A stretch of DNA of 64,000 nucleotides. Source: Anolis carolinensis. Its lineage: Eukaryota. A program made the translations under genes and the position numbers. This document shows positions 12,617-26,500 of this stretch, one piece after another. The stretch lies in assembly GCF_035594765.1 (NCBI RefSeq), contig NC_085841.1:226083326-226147325 (forward strand). The letters are read 5' to 3'. Position 1 is the stretch's first letter. Each line of letters opens with the position of its first letter. Under the pieces are notes generated by a model that saw only the letters and a program-made list of their open reading frames with translations, was not told the DNA's origin and ran no database searches.

Positions 12617-13634
12617 CAGGCAGCAGAAGGAGGACGTGGAAGGTCTGAAAACCTTGATATTGAGAAATCATACCCCCAAATGATGATATGAACAATGAAA
12701 TATATATATAAAAAAGAAGTCGCTGCTCTGTGAGACCCAGTGTGTGCACATCTGTGCCTTACCTAAAATTTTGTTATGAATTGCCTTTGGAATGTTGTCC
12801 CATTGCACCCAAATTCCCTTTCCTTAATTTCCATAATATCCTCACAATGAACTGGGAAAAGGGGGGGGGCACACGACAATCTGAATATACATCAGAGCTC
12901 CCTGGGTCCGTTTCCTGCTCTCATTGATCAAATCGGCACGATCTATGGGTAAGATCCAGCACCCATGCCTCGAGCTAATTTTACCTATTGAGATGGTCAT
13001 CATCCCTGGGTATCAATTGTGTGCATTGGACTAATCTTATTGTGCTAACTAGAGTGAACCCATTAAGCCCACCAAGGACTCATTGCATTTTGTCACACCA
13101 TATTCCTTTGTGATTGTGTCTTTCTCAGAGGTGGATCAATAAATAGTCTGACACTTCAAATGCTTCAATGACATTTCTTGAATCTTCTGCTACATGAAGA
13201 CATCTGATGGAGTCCTGAGCAACTCAGGATGTGGATCCTAGCTGGACAGTTTCTGAGTCAATCAGGAGGAGGCGTGGGTTTCTCGAATAGCTGCCAAATG
13301 AAATAAACATGCTCTATATTTGCAAATGTGGTATGTCAGCACTTTGAAGTGCTTTCTCCACTGACATCCTTTCTGGCCATTAGGAACAAACCTCTGCTTT
13401 TGCCTTCTACTTGTCTATGTTCAATTTGACCTTCTTGAAAACTAGACACTCCAGGCTTCTGAACTCGCAGTTCTTGAGGTAGCTGAAATCACTCAACAAG
13501 CTCATGTCTTTCGTAGCATGTTGTATTTAAATGTTGTGGAAGGAAGGGGTTTATCTGTTATTAGGCTTCACCAGGTTTTGCATGAGACAAATTATAAATG
13601 CTTGTTACGAGAGCAGTAGATGCTTGAAATTAAA

Positions 13635-14045
13635 TAGGATCATTGTCCAGATCAAGGGAGATAATAACGCCACTCTGTTCCGCATTGGTTAGACCTCACT
13701 TTGAATACCCTGTCCAATTCTGAGCATCATAATTCTAGAAGCGTATTGACAAGCTGGAACATGTCTGCAGGATGGTGACAAAGAATATCAAAGATAGGAA
13801 ACCAAGCCTTATAAGGAATGATTTAGCGGGTTGGGTATGTTTAGCTTGGAGAAGACTAAACAATAGGAAGAACTTCTTTACTGTGATAATTGTTCCCATT
13901 GCCTTGGAAGGTGGTGGACTTGCATTCTTTAAACATAGGTGGAATCATCATTTTTCAGGATGAAAAATGATTTAGTTGAATATTCCTGCATGGAAGGATG
14001 TCAGACTAGATGGTCCTTGCACCTCTTGCCATCTCTAAGATTATT
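13635..14045 (+). mobile_element. Old CR1 LINE 3' fragment with internal deletions
   Basis: Decayed RT C-terminus (SRSREII.PL.SALVRPH.EY..QF-like) followed by CR1 3' UTR. Confidence 0.8.
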
Positions 14046-16319
14046 CACAGCCAATTTGAGATCCAGGTCATTTTCAATGTCATAGTATGACGAGTAAGAA
14101 GACACAACATGACTTTTGGTCAACGTTCCTCTAATCAACCAGACAACTACAGTATTTTCTATTCAATTTTGGTCACAGTGCAAGTCATGATACTATAAGC
14201 GTTGAGCAACTTGTACTGCATTCCATTCACCTCCTTGGCCTCAACTTTTAGAAATGTATTAAAGATATTAATGGAATGAATTACTTTGGACTGGATTGTA
14301 TTGCAATCTGCACATCTCTATGATTAAGGCAGAGCGAGGAATATTGTATTTTTGGAACATTACTCTCAGAATCTCTCAGCCAGCATGGCCACTGGTAAAA
14401 TTTCCACTGTCTTCCTCAGTCACAGATACAAAGATATGGGATAAAAATAGCCTTTGGTCATGCTAGCCTGTGAGCTTTTTGGGAGTTGTGTTCCTATCCA
14501 TTCCTCCCATTCAGATTCAAAATAGTTGAGAGTTGCGTCATTGCTTTCCAGGTGCTAGTAATTGTAAACATCCTATGTTTTCAGTTCCTTGTCTGTCTAA
14601 TCCTATTAGGAGAATATCAGACTATAAATCGTCTAAGCAGGATTAGAGTGTGTGCTCGTCCACTGCATGCAAAGATTCTAGCTTGTGCTTTATCACTTAG
14701 CGAACAGAGTGTTTTATGCAAAGGTAGAAAAATGAGGGCTGAAAATTCTACTTTGCTGTTGAAATGAAGCCTGTCAATTAAAATATCAAGTGCTCCAACT
14801 TTGCTTGGCAGGATAAATTATAGGTAGGAAAAGGATTAACAAAAAGCATTTGATACATCAGTATATGTCAGAAGGGAAATAAATCAGTCTGGTATCAAAA
14901 TGAAGTCTCACCATTCTAATTATTAGTGTTGTGGTATTTATTTATTTAGTTGGCTTTAGTGTACATGACTGTTTGGACAATAGTTTCTGCTCCGAGGAGA
15001 TTGCAGTCTGAAACCCAAGACAGGCTAAACAACAAATTTTAAGCCAGGATTGCACAAAGAAGCCAAGGTGTAAATGTAGTGAGAGGGTGCTGTTGTGCCC
15101 AGATCCTGGAGTTCTCATAGGCAACTCGAGATTGGCCATGGCCTGGATGGAAGGCTGGAGTCTAAGCCTTTCATCTCATTCAGCAGGGCTCTTCCTGTGG
15201 TTTTAAAACAGCCTTAAATATTCAAATGGATATCTCTGTCCTCCCATTACATGTTCTCAAAATATTTTCCATTTAAAATCAGATTGGGAACAAATGAAAA
15301 ATCTTTTTGAACAAGAATGGTGGCAAAAATTTTGAAATATTATCCTGATTAATCATTTAAAGAAACTAGAATTCATAAGTCAGATATATCCTTTCCATTC
15401 ATTCCACTCACATCTGGTCTGTCAAAACCCAAGCTTGCAGGGCTGCCCTTTCTCTTGTATTCCCAGAACTGTGTAATGACTGCTGATACAGAACATTAAC
15501 TTTGAACCCAGGCACAGACAAAGTAGTAGACACATCCAGACTGGTTTGGGTCATGAAAGGGAAGCCTATTGCTTTGCATGGCGAAAACAACCCACATGCT
15601 GAAGAAATAACATTGGAACAGGTAGGAGTACCTGGAAGGATCTATACTTGATGTGCTATCCCTCTTTTCTTTGTGTGCTCCATCACCATGGCTGACATCA
15701 CCTCAAGCAGAAACCAAATTGCATCTAGAAACTGACACAACATGGAGAATGGGAAGGGACGATGCATGCCTGGGAAACACGTAATGGCAATATAAACAAT
15801 TATGGCCAGTTTAGTCTCAGAACTGTCTCAACTGCTTACATGGATTGAAAGTCAAAGGTTGCTCCCAATATTTCATGACTTTTGTTAACACAAGTCAAGA
15901 CTGTGTCAAGGTGTCCTTGCCCTATTTTACCAGGGATCAACTCTATGCAGCATGTGGCCAATGCAGAGCTCAACACAGAAATCCTTTGCATTAAGTGGCC
16001 AATATAGATGTGCCCCATGTGACCTGGGACATTCGTATAAGATTGGAATGACAAGCAAACACTAAGGTATCTCAGATATTGTCAGAAGGCCCAGTGAGTT
16101 CTTGTTTAGGTGTTTGTTTCTGATCTCTTGGGCTGTGTCTATACTCAATATAACCCTTTCCTTTCCTACAGGAAGAGGGAGCTTTTGTCAGGCATGCAAT
16201 GGGACATGTAATAGGACAATTCTTAGAAATGTGTGATATATACTGACTCCTCTAGACATTCAACACAAAATTATTATCAATTTGAAGACGAGGCTATAGA
16301 CAGTATATAGTGAATCTCA

Positions 16320-16936
16320 GTGCACTTCCAGACAGTGTCAAAATCCTTGGGGAGGGTGGCTACATGCCATCCTAGTAATTACATGCAGCCACCCTGAAGT
16401 CCCGCAAAACAACCCTTAAAATTGGCTGCCATTAAAGTGCTCCCTGCACTCTCCTGACACAAAGAAATGATGCTCCCAGAGATCGGGGTGGGGGGGAGGG
16501 AGAAAATAATTTATCTGTCTCCCTTCTCTCCTGGTTCCTCATTTCTTCATGCCAAGAGGGCACAGGGAGCACTGTAATGGTAGCCAGGTGCATTTTTAAG
16601 GGTTGTTTTGGGGGGGGGGGGTGGGGGGTGGGGGAGGGGTTGGACACCATCCTGGACATTTGGTCTCCAGGAGCCCAAAAGGTTCAGAATAGGAAATGGG
16701 GTCTCTCCCCTGGTTAGTTCCAGCTAGTCCCGGAACTACCTGGGGGTGAGTCTCCACAGACCCAATGCCCGATTAGATCTGAGCCTTTTAGGAAGGCTTG
16801 GATCTAATGGGGTATTGAATTAATTTAGAATAACCAAGGTTATTCCAAATTAATTTGTCTTTACTGGTGGTGTTGTTTGGATGCCCCAGTAAAAACCCAG
16901 GCAGGTCCTGCTTTTTGGGTCTGTCTGTCTGGGCTC
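16320..16936. mobile_element. Non-autonomous PIF/Harbinger-like element, 617 bp
   Basis: 3-bp TSD TCA at 16317-16319 and 16937-16939; degenerate TIRs; internal inverted repeat 16405-16470 vs 16539-16611; right end homologous (inverted) to the element at 47789. Confidence 0.65.
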
Positions 16937-17004
16937 TCAGTTACAAGGTTCATTCCTTTTTTCTTTTTCTTTTTACTGTTACATGGCTACATTGGAAGGA
17001 ATAT

Positions 17005-17960
17005 TCTTCTTTATTGTTTCTGTGTTGCTGTTAACTGCCATCAATTTGACTTCAACTTTGGAGACCTTATGAATGATTGACCTCCAATTCATGTTATACT
17101 CAACAACCCTGATTAGATCTTGCTGACTTGGGGTCATGGCTTTCTTGACTGAGTCTATCCACCTGGAATGGGTTTTCTTCTTTTCCAAGCCTAATTATTT
17201 TTTTGCTAGTGAGTTATGTCTCCCCCACAAAATGTCCAAAGTAGGACAGTCGCAATTTAGTCATCTTAGATTCTAGGGAAAGTTCATGCTTGACTTGCTT
17301 TAGGATCCATTTATTTGTCTTTTTAGCAGCCCACACTATCCATAGAACTCTTCTCCAGCACCACATTTCAAAGAAGTTGATTTGCTTCCTATCAGTTATC
17401 TTGACTGTTCAGCTTTCACGACCACACATCGAAATTACGAATATGAGGCATGGATCATCTTAACTTTAGAACTCAATGACACATCTTTACACTTACATCT
17501 TTTCTAGTTCCTTCCTGACTGCTTCCCAAGTGCTAGCCTTTTTACTGATTTCTTAATTACAGTCTCCTTTCTGATTAATGACTAGGCCAAGCTCTGGAAA
17601 ATTTCAGTGTTTTTATCATCTGTTTTAAAGTTACATAAATATTTTGTGTCATTATTTATATTTTATGTTGAAAAGTGTGGTGCCTCTCACTGTTGTTGTT
17701 GTTAGCTGCCACCAAGTCAACTTCAACTTATATGGTGGCCCTATTGATGATAGAACTCCATTACCCAATCCTGAACAGCTCTGCTCAAGTCTTGCAGACT
17801 CCAGGCTGTGACCTCCTTGAGTCCCTCCATCTGCAAATACAGACTTTCTTCCTTACCAAGCATGATCTTCTCTTTTCATCTTCTCATGATATGTCAAAAG
17901 TAGAGTCATCTCAATTTAGTTATCTTGGCTTCTGGGGAAATGTTCTTGGACTCATTTGGA
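17005..17960 (-). mobile_element. Old RTE/Bov-B-related LINE 3' fragments
   Basis: Decayed RWIDS/CWRR-type RTE C-terminal sequence on the minus strand; two (CAA)n-tailed ends near 17010 and 17695. Confidence 0.65.
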
Positions 17961-19724
17961 AAATCTCTGGATCCATCCTTTTTTCACTACATCTCATAAT
18001 TATTTTGGTTCTTCTTTTTACAGTGTTACTGCTCCTTAAACACACTTCGCAATACTGACTCTCTGGATGTCTGGTTGAAAAAAGAGATGGAAGAAGGAGC
18101 TGAACAGCAGCATTTGCAATCTACCTGCATGTCTTTCAATGTATTTAATTCTAATTCAAGAAGTAAGGTACATGCACACAATTGATACGGATCCAGGAGC
18201 AGGTGTTAAAGAATTCAGTGCACAGTCATAACACTTTTTAAAATAGTTCCATAATAGAGTCCCGCAAATGGTAAGCAAAGAAAGCAGCACGTCAGTAACT
18301 AGAAAGCAAGGACTGGTTATGGCAGACAGAAACAACAGTGTGTATTGTTTGGATCCTCTAAACAACAAACTAAATCTCAGCTAATCCTTATTATGTATTT
18401 CTTGTATGTCCCTGTCCAAATGTGGTTAAAGTAGCTGTTAACCTTCCCTCCCTCACTGGACTCACTATCCTCCAAATGTACTTTTTTCTTTTGCATAATC
18501 CTGGCCTCTATGAATTGCTGACGTGTCTACCACAAGTGCTGTGAAACCCTGCTTAAAGATTTGAGGCTGCTTCTAATCTCATCTTTGATGAGACACAACC
18601 CTTTTGCCGAAAACCCAGGAGGAAAGGGTCCATCTGTCTTGTGCCATATGTGTGTAAACTACAAGACTGGTAAATACAGCACAGTGTGCTGACAGTGATG
18701 AGCTTTCTTTAGTCATAAATTAAAAATGAGACATGCAGTGGGGTGACTACGGACATCTCACATGTCTGAAACAACATTTTAAAGGGAGGGGGACATCTAA
18801 CTATACAAAAATACATAAATTCATCAGAAGAAGTTCAAATGTAAACCAGTATCCAAATGTCCTAAAATATCACTGAAGTGTGACCCAACTTTCCACAGCC
18901 TGAATATAGTTTTCCAGATTTGTCAAGAATCTGCTGAATTGATTTGACAGATGCTCGCATCATTGTTTGCCCCATTTTTTCCCCCTTTGACTGTCCATCA
19001 GACAAGGAGAATAGCCAGACCTAGTGACATCTGGCAAATGCAATGCTGAGGTCAGTGTAAAAACTCTGAAAGAAGACAGTCAGGTTTTCCACTAGTGTAA
19101 ACTCACCCTCCCTGGTGGAAGAACCAATGTTTCCATGGAAATATCTTCTACTTTCTTTCCAGAGGAATCTGTTTGAATTATTTCATTAAAAATGACTGGG
19201 GAAAAAACCCCTTCTGTTAACTTGTTATTATCTATTGATGTGACTTTAATATAAACAATGAAGTTTGTAGAAACAATGAAACTGTCCAAATACTGCTATT
19301 AGTGATTTTCTGGGAAGAAAGATTATGAAGAAATAAAGACACCACTAGCTGTGTGTATCTGTAGAGACTAGCTTTCTTGTTCCTTCTAACCAGAGCCCTG
19401 TGGCAAAATTACCACTTCCCTTTTCTCCTTTTGTAATGGACATAACATTGTCGGAGTTAAGTCCAGATAGCAGCTTTCAGTGGTTTCTTGTTTAGTTCTA
19501 AGCAAAAGAAGGGGGCAAAGATGAAGGCCAAAAATGAGAATATCAATTTTGGAAAGTGAGACTGCAGACTTAATCATATGCATCCACTACCTGCTATAGT
19601 CAATTATCATTGATAGGGGATACATACCACGCTGAGCACCTTTGATATCGTACCTCTCCTTAGTAGTGCAATTCACCAATTCATCATTCTGTGGTCTCAT
19701 AATATACCTCCGCACACTCTCATA

Positions 19725-20880
19725 GCCCCCCATACCAAAAAAGGGAAACACTAAAGAATGCTCAAACTTTCACACAGTGGCACTTATTTCACATGCCAGT
19801 AAGGTAATGCTCAAGATCCTGTAAGGTAGACTCCAGCAATACATGGAGCAGGAGTTGCCAGATGTACAAGCTGGGTTTAAAAAAAAGCAGAGGAACGAAA
19901 GAACAAATTGCCAATATCCACTGGATAATGGAGGAAGGTAGGGAGTTTCAGAAAAACATCTATTTCTGTTTTATTGACTATTCTAAAGCCTTTGACGGTG
20001 TGGATCATAATAAATTGTGGCAAGTCCTTGGTGGTTTGGGGATACCAAGTCACCTTGTCTGTCTCCTGAGAAATCTGTATAATGACCAAATAGCCACAGT
20101 AAGAACAGACCACGGAACAACAGACTGGTTCAAGATTGGGAAAGGAGTACAGCAGGGCTGCATAGTCTCTCCCTACCTATTCAACTTGTATGCAGAATAC
20201 ATCACGCAATGTGCGGGGCTTGATGAATCCAAGGCTGGAGTTAAAATTGCTGGAAGAAACACTAACAACCTCAGATATGCAGATGACACCACTTAGATGC
20301 TGAAAGTGAAGAGGAGCTGAAGAGCCTTTTAACCAAGGTGAAAGAAGAAAGTGCAAAAGTTGGGTTGCAGTTAAACAAAACAAAACAAAAAACTCCACCA
20401 AGATTATGGCAACCAGACCGATTGATAACTGGCAAATAAAGAGAAAAAACATGGAGGCAGTGACAGACTTTATATTTCTAGGCGTGGAGATTACTGCAGA
20501 CGCAGACGCAGACTGCAGCCAGGAAATCAGAAGATGTTTTCTTCTTAGGAGGAGAGCAATTACCAATCTCGATAAAATAGTGAAGAGCAGAGACATCACA
20601 CTGGCAACGAAGGTCTGCATAGTCAAAGCATTGGTATTCCCCATACTAACCTATGGAAGTGAGAGCTGGACCATAAGGAAGGCTAAGCAAAGCAAGATAG
20701 ACGCTTTTGAATTGTGGTGTTGGAGGAAAATTCTGAGAGTGTCTTGGACCACCAGAAGATCAAACCAGTCCATACTCCAGCAAATAATGGTGATGGCTGA
20801 CAGGGAGCTCTGGTGTGTCTGGTCCATGAGGTCACAAAGAGTTGGAAGTGACTGAATGAATAAACAACAACAAGCAACAA
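19725..20880 (+). mobile_element. Bov-B (RTE) LINE, 5'-truncated, disrupted RT
   Basis: PIPKKG, CFIDYSKAFD, GKGVQQGC and LRYADDT RT motifs (ORFs 19862-20296 and 20406-20855); stops and frameshifts; (CAA)n tail. Confidence 0.95.
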
Positions 20881-20999
20881 AATTTATTTTTAGCGCAGTT
20901 GTGCTATTTCAGTGTTATATCAAAAAAAAAAAAGCAAATATAGGTACAAAATAAAAGTAAAACACCTCAGGAATAGCAAGAGGGTGGAGGGGAAGGAAG

Positions 21000-21400
21000 A
21001 GAATCCTACCTGTGACCCCAGAAGTGGGCCTATTGCACCAAGGTAGATGATGAGAATATTGTGAGACGGGGAATTATTGATGGGTTCTACCTTCACCCAG
21101 AGGGCCCTTTCATCAGCTACCCCAAGACTGTGGAATGACCTGCCAAAAGAGCTTCAACAGATAGATCGGCTGTCGGAATTTAAGACACAATTGAAGACCC
21201 ATCCCTTCTGGCAGGCCACCCAGTCAATTTTAAGTTGTGCATTTTAATCAGCATTTCATCAGTGGATTTTTACTTGTATTTTAATTCTGCATATCTCATT
21301 GTATGTCTTTTAATAGTGTTTCATCTCTAGTTTTAATGATGTTGTATCCCGCCTTGGGCCACAGGGAGAGACAGGTAATAAATTCAATATTATTATTATT
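21000..21400 (+). mobile_element. L2 LINE 3' fragment
   Basis: CCAAGACTGTGGAATGACCTGCC (P.LWN.LP) coding end; tail GTATCCCGCCTTGGG...AATAAA followed by (TTA)n. Confidence 0.7.
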
Positions 21401-21689
21401 AGTTATGGACAGGGGAATCACCGTGGGAGGCAAACTGGTGGTGGGATCCACAGGGTATCATATGATAAAATCCTGCATGTCTGTTTGCCACAGGATAGAG
21501 AACAATACAGTAATACCCCTTCATCTGCTTGTTTCAAGATCTCCATGGACACCTGGAGGTGTGTATACAGTACCGAACCTTATATTTTTGGATCGTGATT
21601 GACTACTCAAACTTAGCTTACTAAGTTTTCATAGTCAACCAGGGTCCAAAAATATAGGCAGTTTAGAAGACAGTCGGAAACTTAGAATA

Positions 21690-21833
21690 TGCTGCCTTGG
21701 AGCGTGGTGGAGTCTCCTAATCTGGACGTTTTTAAACAAAGGCTAGATGGCCATTTGTCGGGGTGTTTTGATTGCATGGCAGGGGGTTGGGCTGGATAGC
21801 CCTTCTAGTCTCTTCCAAGTCTATGATTCTATG
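21690..21833 (+). mobile_element. CR1 LINE 3' end
   Basis: CR1 3' UTR ending CTATGATTCTATG. Confidence 0.85.
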
Positions 21834-22578
21834 TTCTGTCCAGTCCAAGTCCAGATTAAAAATTTAATAAAAAGCAGAAGTTTTGAAGGTGATCCTCAGT
21901 AGCTATGACCTAGAAAGCAGGCTAAACAAGCAGACACACCATTTGTCCACAATTTTCTCACTACGAAATGCACTGCATTTCCATTGAAATTAAAGTAATT
22001 ATAAATTTGCATCTACACACATATATTACCATATACAAATATTATGCAAATCTGCATTATCTCTTTAAGTGAAGCAGAGTTTTTTTTCATGATGATGCTT
22101 AAAAAGTGGCCACCTGAGATCTGTTAGACATGCATGTCATTCAAAAATTCCTATTGAAACATGCAAGAAATACCAATTTTAGGATTAGCTTACTTTGTTT
22201 TTCTTTTCTGATTGAATTTTGAAATGAGGCCTCGTGAGAGGAAGGAATCCTTTTTATTTCAAATCAGGTGCATTTCTTGCCCAAGGGAAGATGATGCTAA
22301 TAATAATAATAATAGTAAAAATAATTCTGAATAATCCATGCGTGCTCCTATAAGGCATTGGATAGAATCCAAACATTGATGTACATGTTGTCTTTGCCAA
22401 GCATCATTTACTCATAAATTTCAAAGGTGTTTCAGTGACACATTCCTTAAAGAATTAAATGGTGACTGATGATTTATATAGAAATAAATTCTAATCCTTT
22501 CATAATTGGAAGGATAATGTGTAGGTAAATAATTTAAGTATAGTCCTGAGTGTAGACAGACTGTATATGTATTTAGAA

Positions 22579-22765
22579 TAGGGTTGCCCGACCAAAAATT
22601 GGACAGGGCTGCTGTATCTTTAATGGTTGTGTAAAGAGGGAATTTTAGCAGGTGCTGGTTGTCACACAACCAGGTCACAAGCAACACCTGTTGAAATTGC
22701 CTCTTCTACACAACTTTTAAGATTGTTGTAGTTATCTCCAGTTTTTGCTCTGGCTGGCTACTCTA
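22579..22765. mobile_element. hAT MITE (TAGGGTTGCC-type TIR), palindromic
   Basis: Ends TAGGGTTGCC and GGCTACTCTA; internal palindrome; TSD ATTTAGAA/ATTCACAA (6/8). Confidence 0.7.
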
Positions 22766-23435
22766 ATTCACAACAGTGGAATGATATGAGATTTAGCTCA
22801 TGTACACAATCTATTCTCTCTCCCCAACAGAACCACATCTTAAAAAAACCTACCTGTTAAAAATCTTAATTCACAGCAGTGAAAAGATATGAAATCTAAT
22901 TGGTGTAACAATCTGTTCTCTCCTCTCCCCAGCTAAGATTTCAGAACAGACAATATTCCTCTCAACAGCATTTTACATATTTGCAGCACTGACATTCATA
23001 TATACATGTGCATAATCACAGACAATTCTGGGGAATTTCAAATAATTCAAATATTCACAGATCATACTCTTCAGATATGCATAATTATATCTGAGTGACA
23101 GCATTACCAGTCTGTCAGAACTTTTGTTCAAAGAGACAGCTGGTGTTATCTTTTAAAAACCTAACCTTGATGCACCTTTGTAACTAACTGAAAAAAAGGA
23201 ATTTCTAGGACAAGGTGCTGTGGACTTTAGTCCACTTCATCTGATGCATTAATGTTGACAGTGAATGTATTTTGGGCATTCTCTGCAATGTAGTGATATA
23301 GATGCTGTAACTTAACCCAATCTTGATCTACCCAGAGTTTCAGACAGACATCTTCTCAACCATGTTATGAGATTTTATGAGAACTCTCAATGATACCTCT
23401 GTTTTTTGAACCATCTATATACTGTGTATACTTGG

Positions 23436-23565
23436 GAGCCAGCATAATATAATAGTTTGCACATTGGACTCTGAGGAAGGAAAGGATAACCACCCCCCAG
23501 AACAAATACTGCCAAAAAAAACAGTGATAGGACTACCGTAAGTCAGAAGCGACTTGAAGGCACTT
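23436..23565 (+). mobile_element. Old tRNA-head SINE with RTE-type tail, internally deleted
   Basis: GGAGCCAGCAT head; AGTCAGAAGCGACTTGAAGGCAC tail; same family as 55600 and 62200. Confidence 0.6.
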
Positions 23566-26500
23566 GTTATTGAGAGGGAGAGAGAGCTCTTGCCAGGTTT
23601 TGATATGTTTTATTGAGTTGTTCTCACTTGGAGCAGGATATCACTTCATAGACCAGTTCACTGGTATGTCTATGGTGACCCAGAATCTAAATGAATTCTG
23701 ACCTACTGTGCAGTGAAAACAAATATATTTTGTTGAATTTGTTTAATGTTGGTCTTCCAGGTCCCAGTCTGACATTATAACCACAGTACACTGGTTCTCC
23801 ATCCCTCCTTCTTTATATTGGTGGTGTATAACATGATGCCGCATCATTTTATCTGCATGCTTTTTATATTATAGTTTGGAATATCTGTACTTCATAAAAG
23901 ACAATTGCTGGCATTTTCGAGCTGGAACGAAGAGAAATAACAACATGAGAAGTACACAATCAATCTCAGTTCTAAGTTATGCATTTGCTCTGAAATTCTC
24001 CTTTTTACAAAAATCTGGACTATGTAACCTGTGTATTTTGCAATTTCATTTGAGGGAATTAAGCTAACTGGGACAGTGATTATATATCTATTTCTATCTA
24101 TATCTATATATGTATATGAGAATGATTTGATCAACCTCCCCCGTCCCCCGCATACCCAAGAAGTTTGGAATTAGGATGTTTAAATTGACATTAGCGACAT
24201 TACTATATATTTTAGCTAAGCCTAATAAAAAGGAAATTCAATAGATACATTAAAATGTCTGAGATGGTGGCTAAATACCATGAGTGAGTTAGACCATTGA
24301 CCCTGTTGCACTTAGGAGAGTCTGAGAGTCAGACTTTTGACGCCAGAAGACAGCAAAATGGAGCTGCTTTCAGAGTGTGTATGTGCATTCACACACAATA
24401 TTCTGTTTGTAGAATTTGGAGTTATGTCTGAAGTCTACAACCTTTTGGGGTCTTTCAGTGTCGTGAAATAATTTGAAGCTGTGCTTAAAACACATCCATT
24501 AACACTACATCACCAGGAAAATATTAGACATTTGTTCTTCTCCTGGAGGCTTCTTCTCTTAAAATATTGCTCATCAATATTTCAGTACTCATTGTCAGTC
24601 AGCACATTTACCATTATCTCTATGATTATAGAAAATCCATGCAAATTTGAATCCAAATATACAATCACGCAAAATGCCCTCAATCAAACCTTCCCCAGCA
24701 GTCTGTCTGTCAAATTACTTCTTCTTCTTTTTTGTAAAACAAAAAAAGATTTTTTTAGGCTCTTGTTTTCATTCTGACCAGCCTTGAAATAGGAAACTCT
24801 CCATATGGCAAGTTCTCTTCAAGCATTCAATTCTCTGAGATTTTAATAATGCTACAGGGCATTTTCATGGCAGCAGTCAAGTCTATAGCGAGCTTGTTTT
24901 TATCTTCTTCTGGTACAGTCTACTTTTTTATGGCCATTAGCCATTTAGATCTGTGAGGTTTTCCAGTATTCCAAAACAAAGTCCAATTTCCTCTCTGGGC
25001 TGAAGAACATTTGTCTGTATTTAATTGAAGTATACATGGAGATTACCCTGGGCAAACAGGCAAATAGAGCAAAAGTCAATGCATACTCAAAGACTTTGAT
25101 ATGTTAATTTGATTCACCATAATTTTGCCTGGCAGCTTCCACAGATCACCCCTTAATAAACCTACTTGAGAAGTTCTGGACACATTGGATATACCTATGC
25201 AAAACTATAAGCCAGCAGTCTTGAGAATGCTTCCTTATTAGTAAATGAATTAGTGGGCCAGTCCATGGGATCTAGCGACTGCTGATGGTCTCCTCCTGCA
25301 AGTGGGAATGGCTAATAATGGATCAGGAATCATCAGTAACACCACATCATGTACCAGATTTGGACTCCTAGATTGTTTCTCCTCGAACAAAGAAGTATTT
25401 CATGCCAGAATTTCTGATTGGATTGAAGATCTTAAGCATCATAAATTATACACTGGCATCAATATTCTGTCTCATTTGTTAAAGAACACCCTTTAAAGTA
25501 GTGTTTCTGAAAACATTTTGAACTCAGAACCTCCTCTAGATATTTCTGGGGCTCTACTACTCCAACAGCAGCTCCAAAAGTGAATGTACATCTTTGCATG
25601 TGACTATGGGCACACTACCTGCTGCTACTTGGAAGGACTTGTGGTTTGCAGTAATAGTTAGTCCCAGAAGAACAAAAGAAGACATTTCTAAGCTTCTATT
25701 GAAACTTCTGCTTCAGAGATAAAGAAGATCTATCCATCCAGATCTTTTTGGCTTCAAACTTCTCAAAGGCCCAGCCAATCTGGCCAGTGCTAAGTGGTTG
25801 TAGGTTTATTATTGTGCAGAGAGAGAGAGGACCAGGTATTCAGCATCTCATCTCTCTATCAAATCAGTCTTGCAATTTGTTAAGTGTTTAAATGTTCACT
25901 TTTTAGTGATTTTTTTATTAAGAAAAAAGAAATGGCAGGGAAGGGAATAAGGGAAAGAAAGGAAGACATGTTAGCTCTCTGCCTTGTTTCTCACTATTAT
26001 CAGTTAATGTTTATCATGAAACTCTCCCAAATGAAACATGGGAAAGAATTCAAGGAACTTCTGGAAAACAGTGACATATTTTTGATCCTTTCTGTCTTTT
26101 ATCGTGAAGTTGCTCTGGTTATAAACTGTAAAACAGGATAACAAAGGAAAGGAAGATAGTGAAGTTCAGACATCTGTTATGATGGTGCATTCCTGAAGTA
26201 TTTGCAAAAGGAAATCTAATGTAAATCTATTACAGCACAGGGCATTTTGCTCTTTGAAAAAGCACCCATGTAATGTTGAAATATTTTTGTGGTTTTGAAC
26301 AACTCTTAGCATATTTTTTGTGCTGGCTACTCTGACCCCCTGAAGAAATTCCAGTGCAGCCTTGGGCCTTTGGGGTGGCATTTTGGCAATGTCTAAATTA
26401 GTAAGTTTGATTAAAAGATTCTTGTAAATTGGGGAGAACTTTGTTCATTATTCCAGAAATTTCTTCATGATGCACACAATTAAAGATAGAAAATGAGAAA

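Noticed and set aside
15467-15621. Exon candidate between a CCCAG acceptor and a CAG|GTAGG donor
   Set aside because: Stop codons in all three frames.
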